From positions 25,296,001 to 25,360,000 of the forward strand of contig OX597825.1 of the NCBI GenBank assembly GCA_951406725.2: a stretch of 64,000 bases of DNA, read 5' to 3'. Origin of the DNA: Octopus vulgaris (Eukaryota). Positions 24,801 to 38,676 of this stretch are shown in pieces (the first letter of the stretch is position 1; each line of letters begins with the position of its first letter). The notes under the pieces were generated by a model. It was not told the origin of the DNA and ran no database searches. It saw nothing but the letters and a program-made list of their open reading frames with translations. A program made the position numbers and the translations under genes.

Positions 24801-25139
24801 ATCTATTATATTATTTTATTCGAACTCAGAATACAAAGGGACGTAACTAAGGATAGCAAAGTATTTATTTAGTCTAGCGTTCTACCAATTCTGTTATAGA
24901 GAGCGTTGGTTTCATTAAGAAAATGCCGTGGAGATCACGTTCATAGTATTGCCGAAGTGATATATGTTTAAGCGCAGGCATGGCTGCGTGTGTAAGAAGT
25001 TCGCATTGCAAAACTCGGGGTTTGAGTTTCGATCCTACCGTGTTGTGTCTTGGGCAAGTATTTTCTACTATAAGCGCAAGCAGATCAATGCTTTCTGAGT
25101 GAAATTAACAGATGGAAACTGTACATAATTATAACGTAT

Positions 25140-25430
25140 CTATGTATGTATGTATGTATGTACGTACGTATGTATGTACGTACGTATGTATGTATGTATG
25201 TATGTATGTATGTATGTATGTATGTATGTATGTATGTATGTATGTATGTACGTACGTACGTACGTATGTATGTATGTTTATATGTATGTACGTACGCATG
25301 TATGTATGTATGTATGTATGTATGTATGTATGTATGCAATCATGCATGCGTGTATGTATGTGTGTATGTATGTGTGTGTGTGTGTGTATGTGTGTGTGTA
25401 TGTGTGTGTGTGTGTATGTATGTATGTATA
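25140..25430. repeat. (TATG)n/(TG)n microsatellite
   Basis: Directly visible; follows a degenerate SINE C head at ~24973-25120. Confidence 0.95.
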
Positions 25431-26174
25431 TATGTACACATGTGTGAGTATGTATTAATTTTTTTTACTGCATAAGGCTTGAAGTCCCGCTGAGCGCTCT
25501 CCTATCAGCTGGTGGCTGGCGTCGAGAGATTGATAGATCCTGAATACTGGGGCACTTCCTGATGACACAAGTATCGTCTTAAGTTATGAGCACACCGGAA
25601 AAGTTACCCAGGCGACTAGCGAGTCTAGGGACCCACTTCTGATCTATGTATGCAGTGGCCTGCAGGCAGTAACTAGCTACAACAAAGCTCAGTGCATCTA
25701 GTTGCCCAGGGACCTATAATGCTACTAAGACAGACATGGGAGACAGAAGGCAAGATTTCAACTCTGAATGCAACATAATCGTTACAAATACGGCAAGGCA
25801 TCTCCTCTGACGCTATAATATTCTGTCAAACAACGACTTTCAGCAGGTGCTTTATTATCGAACCCGAAATTATAACAGGCAAAAGGTGACATATACTGGA
25901 TTAGAAATAAGAACACTAAGGCAGTCTCTCAGACAGTGTAAATATCGAACCAATTTAGTGCTACAACATATCTGTATTAAATATGTTTCATATTAAATAT
26001 GTTTAGTATTATATAAGTTTTTCGAACCATTCTGGCAATATTGTTTTGTTTATTTTATTAAATCTAATCAAAACGTCCACTTTATTATTTTTTTTTATTC
26101 TGCTTTTCTTTAATAAATTTTTTAGATTAATTTTCATCTCATGCGATGAATAAATTGTTCCACCCAATACGCTA

Positions 26175-26257
<83 letters not shown>

Positions 26258-26262
26258 ACATG

Positions 26263-26342
<80 letters not shown>

Positions 26343-26383
26343 TATATAATATAATATATAATATATATATAATAAATATATAC

Positions 26384-26428
<45 letters not shown>

Positions 26429-26452
26429 AATATATAATATATATAATATATA

Positions 26453-26525
<73 letters not shown>
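26175..26525. repeat. (TATC)n/(TA)n/(TACA)n compound microsatellite
   Basis: Directly visible. Confidence 0.95.
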
Positions 26526-26527
<2 letters not shown>

Positions 26528-26655
26528 CTTCCCCGCCACGACACAGTAGCATATCTTAGCTTTTTAAACATTTATACCGAACGCTTTCGTAAATGTCTTG
26601 TTTACACAGACAATTACAAACGCCATAAACGCAAAAAGTAAATAATTTAGTCTGA

Positions 26656-26694
<39 letters not shown>

Positions 26695-27284
26695 CGTATG
26701 TGTGTGTGTGAGTGTGTGTGCAAAAGCTTAGGCATCTTAGTCTCGGCGATATACTTGAAATTCTAGCATCACTGCATAGCTATCAAAACAACCTGTAGTT
26801 TCTGTCTTGATAGCGGTTGTGAAAGTCCGTCTAATACGTCCGCCATATTGAGAGACCAGTGCATAACAATAAAACAATATAATAACAAAGAAAAGAACCA
26901 TATGATAATCATATAAAGACAATATAGCAATAGCATAACAGTGATATAGCATCAATATAGCAATAGTATATTAATGATACTCCAACAATGATGTAACCAT
27001 GTCGTACAAGCGTAAATATATAATAGCAATGTAACTGTAGTATACTGAGAATAATAGAACAATATAGAAATATAGTGATAATATAGTTAAAATAAAACAA
27101 TAAAGTATGAATATAAAAACAATATAGCAACAATGTAGAAACAATATAATAATGAAATAGCCACAGTATACGATATATTAATATAACATCATTAATATAA
27201 TGTAACATATGGAACAATAATATAATAATAATATGGCGATAATATAACAAGAACATAGCTAGATCAGTATTGTAAAAATATACT

Positions 27285-27682
27285 CATTTACTTGTTTCAG
27301 TCATTTGACTGCGACCATGCTGGAGCACTGCCTTTAATCGAGCAAACCGAGCCCAGGACTTATTCTTTGTAAGCCCAGTACTTATTGTATCGGTTTGTTT
27401 TGCCGAACCGTTAATGTTACGGGGACGTAAACACACCAGCATCGGTTGTCAAGTGATGTTGGGGGGACAAACACAGACACACAAACATACACATACATAT
27501 ATACATACATACATACATATATATATGACGAGCTTCTTTCAGTTTCCGTCTACAGATCCACTCACAAGGCTTTGGTCGGCCCGAGGCTATAGTAGAAGAC
27601 AATTGCCCAAGGTGCCACGCAGTGGAACTGAACCCAGAACCATGTGTTTCATAAGCAAGCTACTTACCACACAGCCACTCCT
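27285..27682 (-). mobile_element. SINE family C, full length
   Basis: Matches family body; head ends CCACACAGCCACTCCT on the plus strand. Confidence 0.9.
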
Positions 27683-28183
27683 ACATATAAAAAAAATTCG
27701 AAACAAAAGAAAAAAACAAGAGAAATAGAAGAGAATTAACTGCCAAATAAAAACCATTAAGGGGAAAAACTAAGGATTGAACCAGGGAGATCTCAATCTA
27801 AAATAAGTTACATCAAGAAACGAAACAAAATGCTACTTGAAGATTTGAACAAAAGACAAGATCTTATTTCTCAACAAGATCCTATCTCGTGCCTCGACTT
27901 GTAACGGCAACAGAATTAATTCAAAACGGCATGAGGATAAAATGAACGGATAAACAAATACGAAAATGAAGTAACAGTATGGGCGCAACTGTGTGCGTGT
28001 GTTTTTATCTGTCTGTGAAGAAAAGCCTGAGAATCAAGATTCCCATCTGCGTAAAAACACAAGGTTGCTGAACTTAGTTACAGTCGCTGGAGGCAGCCAT
28101 AAAACCTTCTTCTTGTGAAACGCTTTGATCGACAACGTTTCAATTGATCTCTATATGTCGATTAACTATAGCAAACGCGTGAC

Positions 28184-28229
<46 letters not shown>

Positions 28230-28284
28230 TCACACACACACACACATATACATATATATACACATACAAACATATACACCTATA

Positions 28285-28521
<237 letters not shown>

Positions 28522-28837
28522 ATCCAAGGGAAAAAACAATTTCCTTCAAAGGGATGGAAAACATCCAATTTTCGCTGGTTCTTCAGATAAATACCACAAT
28601 ATACTAGAGAAAAAAAAAATCAGGACTTAAAATGGTATAATTTCAATAAATAAGTATTAAAGGATACAGAGAAATAAAATTGACATATTACAAATTTATT
28701 AACATTATAATATAATATAATTATATTATAAAAAGATATGAATATAATATAAAATAATATTACAAATAAATAAACAAATATATATAAATTTGTTTCGATT
28801 AGTATCCACTAGTGAATTTATAAAAAATTCACATTAT

Positions 28838-29001
28838 AGGCGCAGGAGTGACTGTGTGGTAAGTAGTTTGCTTATCAACAACATGGTTCCGGGTTCAGTT
28901 CCACTGCGTGGCACCTTGGGCTAGTGTCTTCTACTATAGCCTCGGGCTGACCAAAGCCTTGTGAGTGGATTTGGTTGACGGAAACTGAAAGAAACCCATC
29001 G

Positions 29002-29034
<33 letters not shown>

Positions 29035-29117
29035 GTGTGTAAGTGTTTGTCCTCCAACATCGCTTGACAACTGATGCTGGTGTGTTTACGTCCCCGTAAC
29101 TTCGCGGTTCGGCAAAA
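28838..29117 (+). mobile_element. SINE family C, 3'-truncated
   Basis: Complete head GGCGCAGGAGTGACTGTGTGGTAAG; ends at the (TAA)n run. Confidence 0.88.
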
Positions 29118-29123
29118 GTGAAA

Positions 29124-29179
<56 letters not shown>

Positions 29180-29211
29180 TTATGATGATGATGATGATGA
29201 TGATGATGAAG

Positions 29212-29273
<62 letters not shown>

Positions 29274-29281
29274 TGATGATG

Positions 29282-29560
29282 ATGATAACAAAAGGGGCTG
29301 ATTGCTATGTAGCTCAACTACCAGGAGACACCGAAATGGCAGAAATTCAAAAGATAGTGCTCATGGGAACTGCCCATATCCTACATAAAATACCGTCCAT
29401 GTAATCTCAAATTTTAAAACAAACACATAATTTTCTTATATTTTCTTATACATTCTCGAGAACAATACTATGTACAAAACCAAATAGATTTCACCCTAGA
29501 TATAACATGAACTTCTTGGATCCAACTTGTACAAATACAAAGCAAAAGTCAAACAAATAA
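29282..29560 (+). mobile_element. R4/Dong-like non-LTR retrotransposon 3' end embedded in (TAA)n
   Basis: 29282-29404 = MITKGADCYVAQLPGDTEMAEIQKIVLMGTAHILHKIPSM*, matching the QK..L.GT..IL.K terminus of RLE-type LINEs; (TAA)n on both sides. Confidence 0.8.
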
Positions 29561-29564
29561 TAAC

Positions 29565-29624
<60 letters not shown>

Positions 29625-29631
29625 TATAATT

Positions 29632-30027
29632 GTTTCAAATTTTGGCACAAGGCCAATAATTTCGGGGGAAGGAGTAAGTCGATTACATCGACATCCAGTA
29701 TTCAACTGGTACTTAGTTTATCGACCCTGAAAGGATGAAAGGCAAAGTCGACCTCGGCGGAATTTGAACTCAGAACGTGGTGACGGCCGAAATACCTATT
29801 TCTTTACTACCCACAAGGAGCTAAACACAGAGAAGACAAACAAGGACAGACAAACGGATTAAGTCGATTATATTGACCCCAGTGCGTAACTGGTACTTAT
29901 TTAATCGACCCCGAAATAATGAAAGGCAAAGACGACCTCAGCGGAATTTGAACTCAGAACGTAGCGGCAGACGAAATACCACAAAGCATTTCACCCGGCT
30001 TGCTAACGATTCTGCCAGCTCACCGCT
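29632..30027 (-). mobile_element. SINE family A dimer
   Basis: Two core units plus head at ~30027. Confidence 0.88.
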
Positions 30028-30685
30028 GTCTTAATAATAAGATAATCAATGTCACATTGTTGTAAGATGATTAAATTGCTTGCCAGAATAGATATTTTTC
30101 TTAAATGTTTTGGTATAGCAAAAAAGAAAAAAGAAAAAGGAAGTCCTGTGGATAGTTTTGCTTCATTCCTTTGTCAATAGCATGTGATAATTCACCCGCA
30201 AACTTTCTTTTAACGGTAGTTAAACATCCTAAGGTAATTTATTTATATTTTAGACTCGACTATGCATTTTACAAATACAATATATCAACTGTCTTTAAAG
30301 CCCACTTGTATAACAACATAATATCATTGCACAATAAAAAAATAAAAGAATAAATACATTTTACTTTTTCTCCCTCAAAGGTGCGCATAAGAGTCAATAG
30401 CTTGATCTTTTGTGATCAGAAATATGTATCAATAGATGATTAGCTGCATTCACCTTTTCTTATATAATCTGCTATTTGTTGCCGCCACGTTGGTGAATTA
30501 AAAAAATATTAGACTTAATGCGATTTGTCTAGAAACAACGAGACGTCATACAACAACGTCATATTTGATGGAGCGACCCGGGAATAGATAGAACAATATA
30601 TTATCTACTCAGCCATATGGACTCTACATAACGATGATGATAAAAGTACGATGAAGATAAAAAATGTATTAAATATTGTTGAATC

Positions 30686-30765
30686 AGAGGATAACCAGTG
30701 TCGCGGCAAAAGAAAAAAATCATCTCAATTTGAAGTCGAATGCTTTATCATTGAACTATTTCCCC
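30686..30765 (-). pseudogene. Decayed tRNA-Cys relic
   Basis: CATCTCAATTTGAAGTCGAATGCTTTATCATTGAACTATTTCCCC vs reverse complement of the intact gene CCTCTCGATCTGCAGTCGAATGCTCTACCACTGAGCTATATCCCC. Confidence 0.75.
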
Positions 30766-31129
30766 CACAAGTTATTCTCATTAATCGTTTCTAATTTGAA
30801 CTAAAGAAGACTTCATTTATAGAAGAACATTTCACATAAACACGATTCCAGTTTCCGGGTTAAACAAAACATTTGTGACACCGCCATACAGGGAACCACT
30901 TTTACAAAAGAGCCATTGATTACCAGAAAGCACCGAAGGATAGGTTATCCGAAGGATAGAAAATGTCCGCTGTTTCTATTTTATTTATGTTATCGACCTC
31001 GGGTGTATGATAAGCGAAAATGACCACAAGATTTGAACTCATAACGTAAAGCGGAGTACGGAAATACTATAAAACAGTTTGTTCGTTGTAGCATTCTAAC
31101 ACACCTATGAATAATATGGGATAATGATA

Positions 31130-31409
31130 CAGTAACCTCTCGACTGTCGCGGGTGTTACGTTCCAAAACCCTCCGCAATAGGCGAAAATCTGCGAAGTAG
31201 AAACAGTACTGTACTGTATACCTTTTAAAAATCATTTTTATAATTTGTATATATTTATTTTATTATAAATGCAAAACAGCACCACAGAGGAATCGACATA
31301 AGCTTAAATAATAAACTACAATAAGTGAACCGCGTTAGGTGAACCGCGTTAGATGAATCACGTTAGGTGAACCGCGTTAGGTGAACCGCGATATGGTGAG
31401 GGATTACTG
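31130..31409. mobile_element. Tc1/mariner-pogo (Tigger-like) MITE
   Basis: Imperfect TIRs CAGTAACCTCTCGACTGTCGCGG / CCGCGATATGGTGAGGGATTACTG flanked by TA; subterminal 14-bp tandem repeats GTGAACCGCGTTAG at ~31325-31390. Confidence 0.8.
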
Positions 31410-32225
31410 TATATAGATAAAAAACAGATGCAGTACGCGACCGCTCGCATATAGTCAGATTGTTTGATTCTTTTATTCTTTCAATGGGTTCAGTCATTGG
31501 TTTACGGCCATGCTGGAGTACCGACTTGAGGGTTTTAGTCGATCAAACCGATCCCAGTTCAGATTATAAGTCTGGTGTTTATTCTATCGGGCGCTTTTTG
31601 TCGAACCGATAGTTTACGGAGATGTACACAAACCAATACCGGTTGTCAAGTGGAAGGAGACAAACACTCACACACATACACACACACACACACATATGTA
31701 TTTATGACCGGCTTCTGTATAGTTTCCGCCTATCGATTTCACTCTCAAGGCATAAGTCAACACTTGCTGTATTGAAAAAAACACCTGTACAAATACCTCG
31801 CAATGGGACCGAATACGAAACTAGATGATTCCGTAGCTAGCTTCTTAACCATATGCTGCGCCTATACACATACACGTCTATACATACATACATACATACA
31901 TACATACATACATACATACATACATACATACATACATACACACAAGTATATCTATATATATATATACTATATATGCTATACATACATATATATATATATC
32001 TACTATATATATACGCACAAATATATATATATATATATATATACTATATATACATGCATATATATATATACTATATATATATACTATATATACATATATA
32101 TATATACTATATATACATATATATATATATACACTATATATACTACTCACACACACACATATATGCTTTTATTCTTTTACATGTTTCAGCGCTAAGTGTA
32201 CTACGGTGCATCGGCATACACACAC

Positions 32226-32285
<60 letters not shown>

Positions 32286-33026
32286 CAATTTAAATGATAT
32301 ATCTATATCAACCTATGTATACACCTATGAATCTATGTATATATCTACCTACGTATCCGTCATTCTATCTATAATACAAATCTAAGATGTTTTTTTTTAC
32401 AAAATATTGAAGAAATATTCGAAATATTTCTCCAATATTTTGTAAAAGTAAAATGCAATTTGGATTTGCTTGTGTCGCTTTGTTCGCAATAAGATCTAGT
32501 AAATCAATCACAAATTTCTTTTTATTTTTAGTTAGACACCCTCTGATAATTCATTTCATTTTTAGTGGAGAATATGAAGAAATCTTAGCACGTTAAAGGT
32601 GTCAGTGTCTTTAAATTCGAAATGTGTAACACTGTAATACCGAAACAATAAAATGGTGAAACAATAAAATAAGTGAAACATTTGTTTCACACAGAAAACC
32701 TCAATAATTAAGAGACAGCAGATTGTTTCGTTTTGACTAGAGTTATGTATCAATACTTGCTACCCTATATATTTTGCGACTTGCTAGCGATAAGTAGGTG
32801 AATTTAAACAACCGTTTATTTAACGTGTTGTGTTTTAAAATAACGATAGAACATTTTCATATTTGAAAGTGAGTTAGGTAAAAAACGTTTGTTCCCTCTC
32901 AACAGTGTGGTTTTGGGTTCAGTCTCACCGCGTGGCACCTTGGGACAAATGATTTCTGTTATAGCCCCTGGGTCTAGCAAAACCTTGTGAGTGGATTTGG
33001 TAGATGGAAACTGAAAGAAGCCCGTC

Positions 33027-33061
<35 letters not shown>

Positions 33062-33637
33062 ATTCATTTTTTAAATTTTATTTTATCTAGTTTCAGCTCA
33101 CGAGCTGTGGCCATGCTGGGGCACCGCCATTTTGCTGGGGCACCGCCATTTATGTATTTCTAATATATGTATTTCTAATGCCAAAATATGCCGAAAATAG
33201 ACACAACGTCAATAACCATGTAATTTATCACTTATAAATTGTTTATAAATTTAACCTTTAAAGGTATTTTTTAATATGATGGCCATTGATGGAAATTTTT
33301 CGAAAAATTTTATCGTACATTATATATATATATCTGTGTGTTTGTTTGTGTTTGTCCCACCCCACCACCACATGATAACATGTGTTGGTTTGTTTACGCC
33401 CTAATAACTTAGCAGTTCGACAAAGAACCCCGATTGAATAAGTACCAGGCTTTCAAAAAGTCATGGGGGTCGATTTGTTGGACTAAATCCTTCAAGGTGG
33501 TGTCCCTGTACAAAGTTGCAATAATCTGCTATTTGGTATGGACAGATCGGTGTATTAAACAACCCAATGACCGAAATAAAAGAAGATAAAAAGAAGGTAT
33601 GATACATTTCGCTATCATGACATATGAGGTATGATGT

Positions 33638-33777
33638 ACATTATTTACCTTATTTACATTCGACGGATATCTTGTTTGTTGTTAACACACCGTTTCGGCT
33701 GATATACCCTCCAGCCTTCTTCAGATGTCTTGGGGAAATTTTGAACCGGGGTTCTCATTCCTAAGGTATTCTTCGAA

Positions 33778-33822
<45 letters not shown>

Positions 33823-33929
33823 GTTATTATTATTATTATTATTATTGTTCAGTTCACTGCTTGGAATCGAACTCGGAATCTTGGGGTTAGTAGCCCCCGC
33901 ACTCTTAACCACTACGCCATATGCCCGTG
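33638..33929 (-). mobile_element. tRNA-headed short element with (AAT)n linker and hammerhead-containing tail
   Basis: Minus strand: A box TGGCGTAGTGG, B box GAGTTCGATTC, then (AAT)n, then CTGAAGA-A-GGCTG...CAGCC-GAAAC; inverted partial copy of the tail at ~33932-34080. Confidence 0.75.
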
Positions 33930-33972
33930 GGCATACCTTAGGAATGAGAACCCAGGTTCGAAATTTCCCCGA

Positions 33973-34018
33973 GACACCTGAAGAAGGCTGGAGGGTATAT
34001 CAGCCGAAACGTTGTGTT
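33973..34018 (+). ncRNA. Minimal (probably dimer-dependent) hammerhead ribozyme motif
   Basis: Stem I GACAC/GTGTT; CTGAAGA core; extra A; stem II GGCTG/CAGCC; GAAA; palindromic AACGTT in place of stem III; triplet GTT. Confidence 0.6.
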
Positions 34019-34229
34019 AATAACAAACAAGAGGGGGGGGGGGCCAATATCCGTCGAATGTAAATAATGTAAATAATTCCTCATCTCTTAAATATAGAAC
34101 TGTAAAGTATGATGTGTGTTTTGTCATGATGACCTATATTACAAACAACAAGGTAACTGAGGTAATTCGACGCTCTTGCATTAGAGGAACGTCAGAGTTA
34201 GAAAGGAAAACCTCTCGAACGACTGAGAA

Positions 34230-34950
34230 CTGCTTTTATATTCTCTGTGTTTTTTTTTATCATTGTTGCTATGTGGTGTTTAAATGGTGAAATAGATATT
34301 ATATCACACTGTCTTTTAGATGGGGAATCACCATCAAATACAATGCTGTTGTTTCTGAAGAAAATTCATCAAATATAGGGTTGTTTAAGTCATCGATTTG
34401 TCGATACCAAATAACAGATTATTGCAACTTTGTGTGAGAAACAGAAATAATTTTCTTTTTTGTTGCTATCAAAATATTATGTTGGTTTTTAGGCAGAGTT
34501 ACTTTCCTATGCTGTTGATGTTATTTTTATTTTCTCGCCTAAAATATAAATTAATCAAGCTCGGAGTAGCTACCGTTGCAAAAAAGCTTGTGGGCGATTT
34601 GGAGGCAGTTATGGCTTAAGATTTGACAGAATCAAATCCAACTGCTTTTTACTTTTCCAAAATACCTTAGAAAAAATTCTCCTCACCACAAACTATTTTG
34701 TCAAAGAAAATTAACAGCTTACAAAAGTTGGAGATTTGTTATATTGTTATTCATATTATTGCTATTAAATATGTTATATTGTTATTCATATTATTACTAT
34801 TAAAACTGATATTCTACAAAGATTTCCGATGAAAACTTAGGTAAATATTTTATGCTCTTTATGTTAAGATGTTTGGACGAGTTTATTTAAGATGGATGAA
34901 ATTGTGAACTGTTACATTGTTCAATCTCTTTTGTCATAACCCACTAACTT
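34230..34950. repeat. Opposite-orientation copy of the tRNA-Cys flanking unit
   Basis: CTTTGTGTGAGAAACAGAAATAATT (~34428-34452) is the reverse complement of the unit motif at ~46311; further collinear blocks at ~34260-34315 and ~34800-34920. Confidence 0.7.
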
Positions 34951-35890
34951 TTTCCAAAAATCAGCTTAGGTGAAGAAATCTCAAATACACAACAAACCAA
35001 GAAATTTCGATCAATTCAAATTCACTATGAACATTCCACATTTTCCTTTAAACACGGTATTAACCACAAACGAGATAATTAATTTAATTGTAGTAAACAT
35101 GGCGTCATTTGACAGAAAGATAGATGTTTAACCTACGACAAAATCTTGAGACAGGAGCAACCTTGCGTGCCATCGTTAGCTGGAACGATTACTTCTGTGT
35201 GTTAGTAAGATGAAATCATAAGATTACAACGGCCTTGAATTTATGTCGAGTATAATAATTATGTGTCTCAATGTTAAAAAAAAAAGCAGAAAGTAACAAC
35301 CCATTATGAGAGGTCTTAAGCGAGTTCGATAATTTGAATTGCCATGAGGTGTGTCTGTGAATTTTCGCAGAGAAATAATCTTCGTTTTTTAATCTCTTAT
35401 GTAAAAGTTCTATTGGATTAAGTTTCTAAACTTAGACTTAGCAAATATTGAACATTTTTGTTTGTTTTATTTCTCACTCATTTTGAAAAAAAAAAAACTG
35501 ATCTAAAGTTTCTAAAGTGAAGAATATAAATTATTTATTAAAGCTATACAGTGGAGATCTTTTGGAGGAAATATTTATACACACAGTAACAGCGTTAAGG
35601 ATAATAATCATTCTTCATTTAGACACGAAGTCAGAATTTTAGAGGAAAGAAGTTAGTTGATTACATCGATCTCAGTACTTCACTGATCTTTATTTTGTCA
35701 ACCCCACAAGGACAAAAAGCAAAGTTGAGGATTTGAACTCAAAGCATAAAGACCTGACATGAATACTTAAAGGCATATTTGCCGTCGTTCTAACGACTCT
35801 GCCAATCCAACGTCCTGAATAAGTGTTCATAATTTAGGCACAAGGCCAGCGATTTTAGCGGATGGGGTTAATTATTTGCACCGATCCCGG

Positions 35891-36067
35891 ATAATTTTCC
35901 GGAAGAAGCTCTGAATTATTTGGCACGAGATAATTGATTATATCGGCTCCAGACCAAAACTCCCTCTCTGCTCATTTAACTTCGAGTACAGCTCCATTGC
36001 CATCCTGAACGACACTCGCGTGCAGCCACTAGATGTCCAGCCTAGGTGGAACTCTTTTTATCTTAAC
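35891..36067. repeat. Exact 177-bp direct copy of 38019-38195
   Basis: Identical by eye from ATAATTTTCCGGAAG to TTTTTATCTTAAC. Confidence 0.95.
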
Positions 36068-36541
36068 ACGGGTGTGTTATCTTTATAGAAATTTCTCTCC
36101 TATGTCACACCATATGTTTTATGTGGAGTGAAATAGTTAATAATATCTATTGTTATCTTTTTAAGGAACTTTTCTTTCTCTGTAATGTTTCTTTCACTGT
36201 TTTTGGACAAAACAGTAACTCTATAAAAATTTATTTCACTCTTTCTCTCGGCAGTGAACAGCGCTTTATGAAGGGGGAAATACAATAAAGCTGATAATGT
36301 ATTTACATATATACATCTATATCCTTTTACTTATTAACTTGTTTTAGTCACTGGACTGCGGCCATGCTGGAGTAGCGCCTTCGAAAGCTTCAATCAGTCA
36401 AATCAATCCCAGTGGCTATTTTTAATGTATAGTACTAACTCTGTCAGAAGAATTTTTTTTGCCTAACTGTTAGATTTGGGGACGTAGACAAATCAACACC
36501 ACTTGTCAAGCAGTGACACACATACACGCGCACACACACAT

Positions 36542-36628
<87 letters not shown>

Positions 36629-38018
36629 TCAGCTTACGGGAGGTATCATGCATTCGTCGCTGCTTTGAATCACGAGGTGACTGCTTCTGATCGGAAGAAG
36701 AGCGTCCAGTTTCGCCCGTTCCGAGTTAAAGAGTAGATCGAGGCCACAAGTGCCCCAGGGCCTCCAGACGTTCACTTCACGTACGGAGTTATGTGTCATT
36801 CTCCGCTGGCGCCAGCTATCATGAAGGTAACTTTGGAGGAAACCACAAATATACAACGGGTTGTTTTCAACACAGTTTCCGTCTATAAAATTCTCTCTCA
36901 AGGCATTGTTCTTCCCAGGGTCATTGTAAGAGACACTGGTCTAAGGTACTATGTAGTAAAATTATATCATTATTATTGTGACTGGGTTCCAACCCGTCCC
37001 CCCACTTTGTTTTGGCCTTTCAGTAACTTAATACTGACAGGAGTGGTATACTCCTCCAGCAGATTGCATTTTCTCATTAGTAAAGACAGTATCTCCTACA
37101 GTGAAGCAGAAATTGCGTGGATCCAATGAACCACTCTGTTGAAGCATGCATCCACCGCATATCAACCTCCTGCAATTCAAGACTGGGATTTTTTTTATCA
37201 TTGAAGTTTACTCCCCTGGGTATATTTGGTCCAGGACTGTTTATTTTTATATTCACAGCTAACCTTTATATTTGAAGGCCCTTCCCCTATCCGCCACCTG
37301 GGGATCCGGTGAATGAAAGTTTTCTCTCCACATCAGGGGCTGCCAGAAGATGGTTTGGCTCAGTTCTCTCCACCAACTGCTGGAGGTTTACTCCCTTAGC
37401 CTTTCACACTCCCGTGTGTATAAACAGAAACAAAAAATAGAAAGACATAAAAAAATGTAGTAAGAATGAACCTAAAATCAAATAGTTGCAAAACACTTTC
37501 TAATCACGCAGCTGTGCTCGAGACTAAATAGAGAGTTTTTCTTAAATTATTTTGGAAATGTAAAAAAAAAAAAAAATATATGATTTGCTTGTATGACTCT
37601 CTTAGGAACGAAATCTGCTAAATCGGCCACATGTAATTTTTCATAGAGAATTTACCTTTAGTTTTAGCAAGAATATAAAGAAATTGCCGAAGAGATAGAA
37701 GAGCAAACCGTTTCTGTGCATCGATTGTGCAACATCAAAATATTTTGACGAAAGATTAAAACAGATTGTTATCTTTGTTTCTCACGCAAAGGTGTAAAAA
37801 TTAGATTCACTATCTTTAGCGTTTGTGATCAGGTGTATATATCAGCGATATCAGCTTATTTTTCTTTCTCAATATAAACTGTTTCTTGTTGCTACTTGGA
37901 GTGGTGAATAAAAAAAATTAATGTTTTGTTTGAAAAATAGTTAAAGAAAAACCGACAAGCTTATAAGAAATGCCTTTTGAAAAAGCGTACAACATATTAA
38001 CTACTTTAATACATGAAA

Positions 38019-38650
38019 ATAATTTTCCGGAAGAAGCTCTGAATTATTTGGCACGAGATAATTGATTATATCGGCTCCAGACCAAAACTCCCTCTCTGCT
38101 CATTTAACTTCGAGTACAGCTCCATTGCCATCCTGAACGACACTCGCGTGCAGCCACTAGATGTCCAGCCTAGGTGGAACTCTTTTTATCTTAACGTTAC
38201 GGGTCTTCCTCCCGAAATAGGTTGGAAAGATGGAGAAGTCATTGTTACGAATGGTAGCTATGGAATACTTAAACGCTAGTATTTCGCTTTTCAAGAGAAC
38301 CTCTTCGCTTTCAAACCGTCTCACCCTCGACACATGATCTATGCATACCCACACTTCTTTCCACCTGGGCTTGTGCTGTCGATTTCGCCTCGGATTTTGC
38401 CGACACACAGCGACAAGAGTTTTCTGGCAGTTGTTGCCAAGATCTCAGGTGAGTTGACACCTTGTGCTCTCCTCTCATTCAACTCCACAAGTTGTTTGGC
38501 TTCTGTGAGTCTTGTCTCCTCACCACTTAATGAGAGCTTAAAGAACTGCATTGATTTTGTTGGCCATCCTAACAGAAGATTGTCTGCCCATGAGGTTGTC
38601 CTTGCAGCTTTCTCTGTCTTCTCCGTTATTCATGTTCTTTTTCTCGTTAT
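38019..38650 (-). mobile_element. Probable L1/Tx1-like LINE ORF1 N-terminal fragment
   Basis: Broken minus ORFs ...FESEEV...IRNNDFSIFPTYFGRKTRNVKIKRVPPRLDI*WL...; style fits ORF1 upstream of the zinc knuckle seen at 15 kb; truncates a tRNA-flank unit at 38019. Confidence 0.5.
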
Positions 38651-38676
38651 TGTAGCTGTTACTGTTGCTGTATTCT

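Noticed and set aside
25550-25610. CTGATGA as a hammerhead core (also 1652, and minus-strand CTGAAGA near 28580)
   Set aside because: No convincing stem I/II pairing with a correctly placed GAAA and cleavage triplet.
31325-31390. 14-bp tandem repeats (and the 180-bp SINE arrays) as CRISPR-like arrays
   Set aside because: No unique spacers, no cas genes, eukaryotic context; these are MITE subterminal and SINE internal repeats.
32395-32447. Imperfect AT-rich palindrome
   Set aside because: Real but short and low-complexity; no supporting context.
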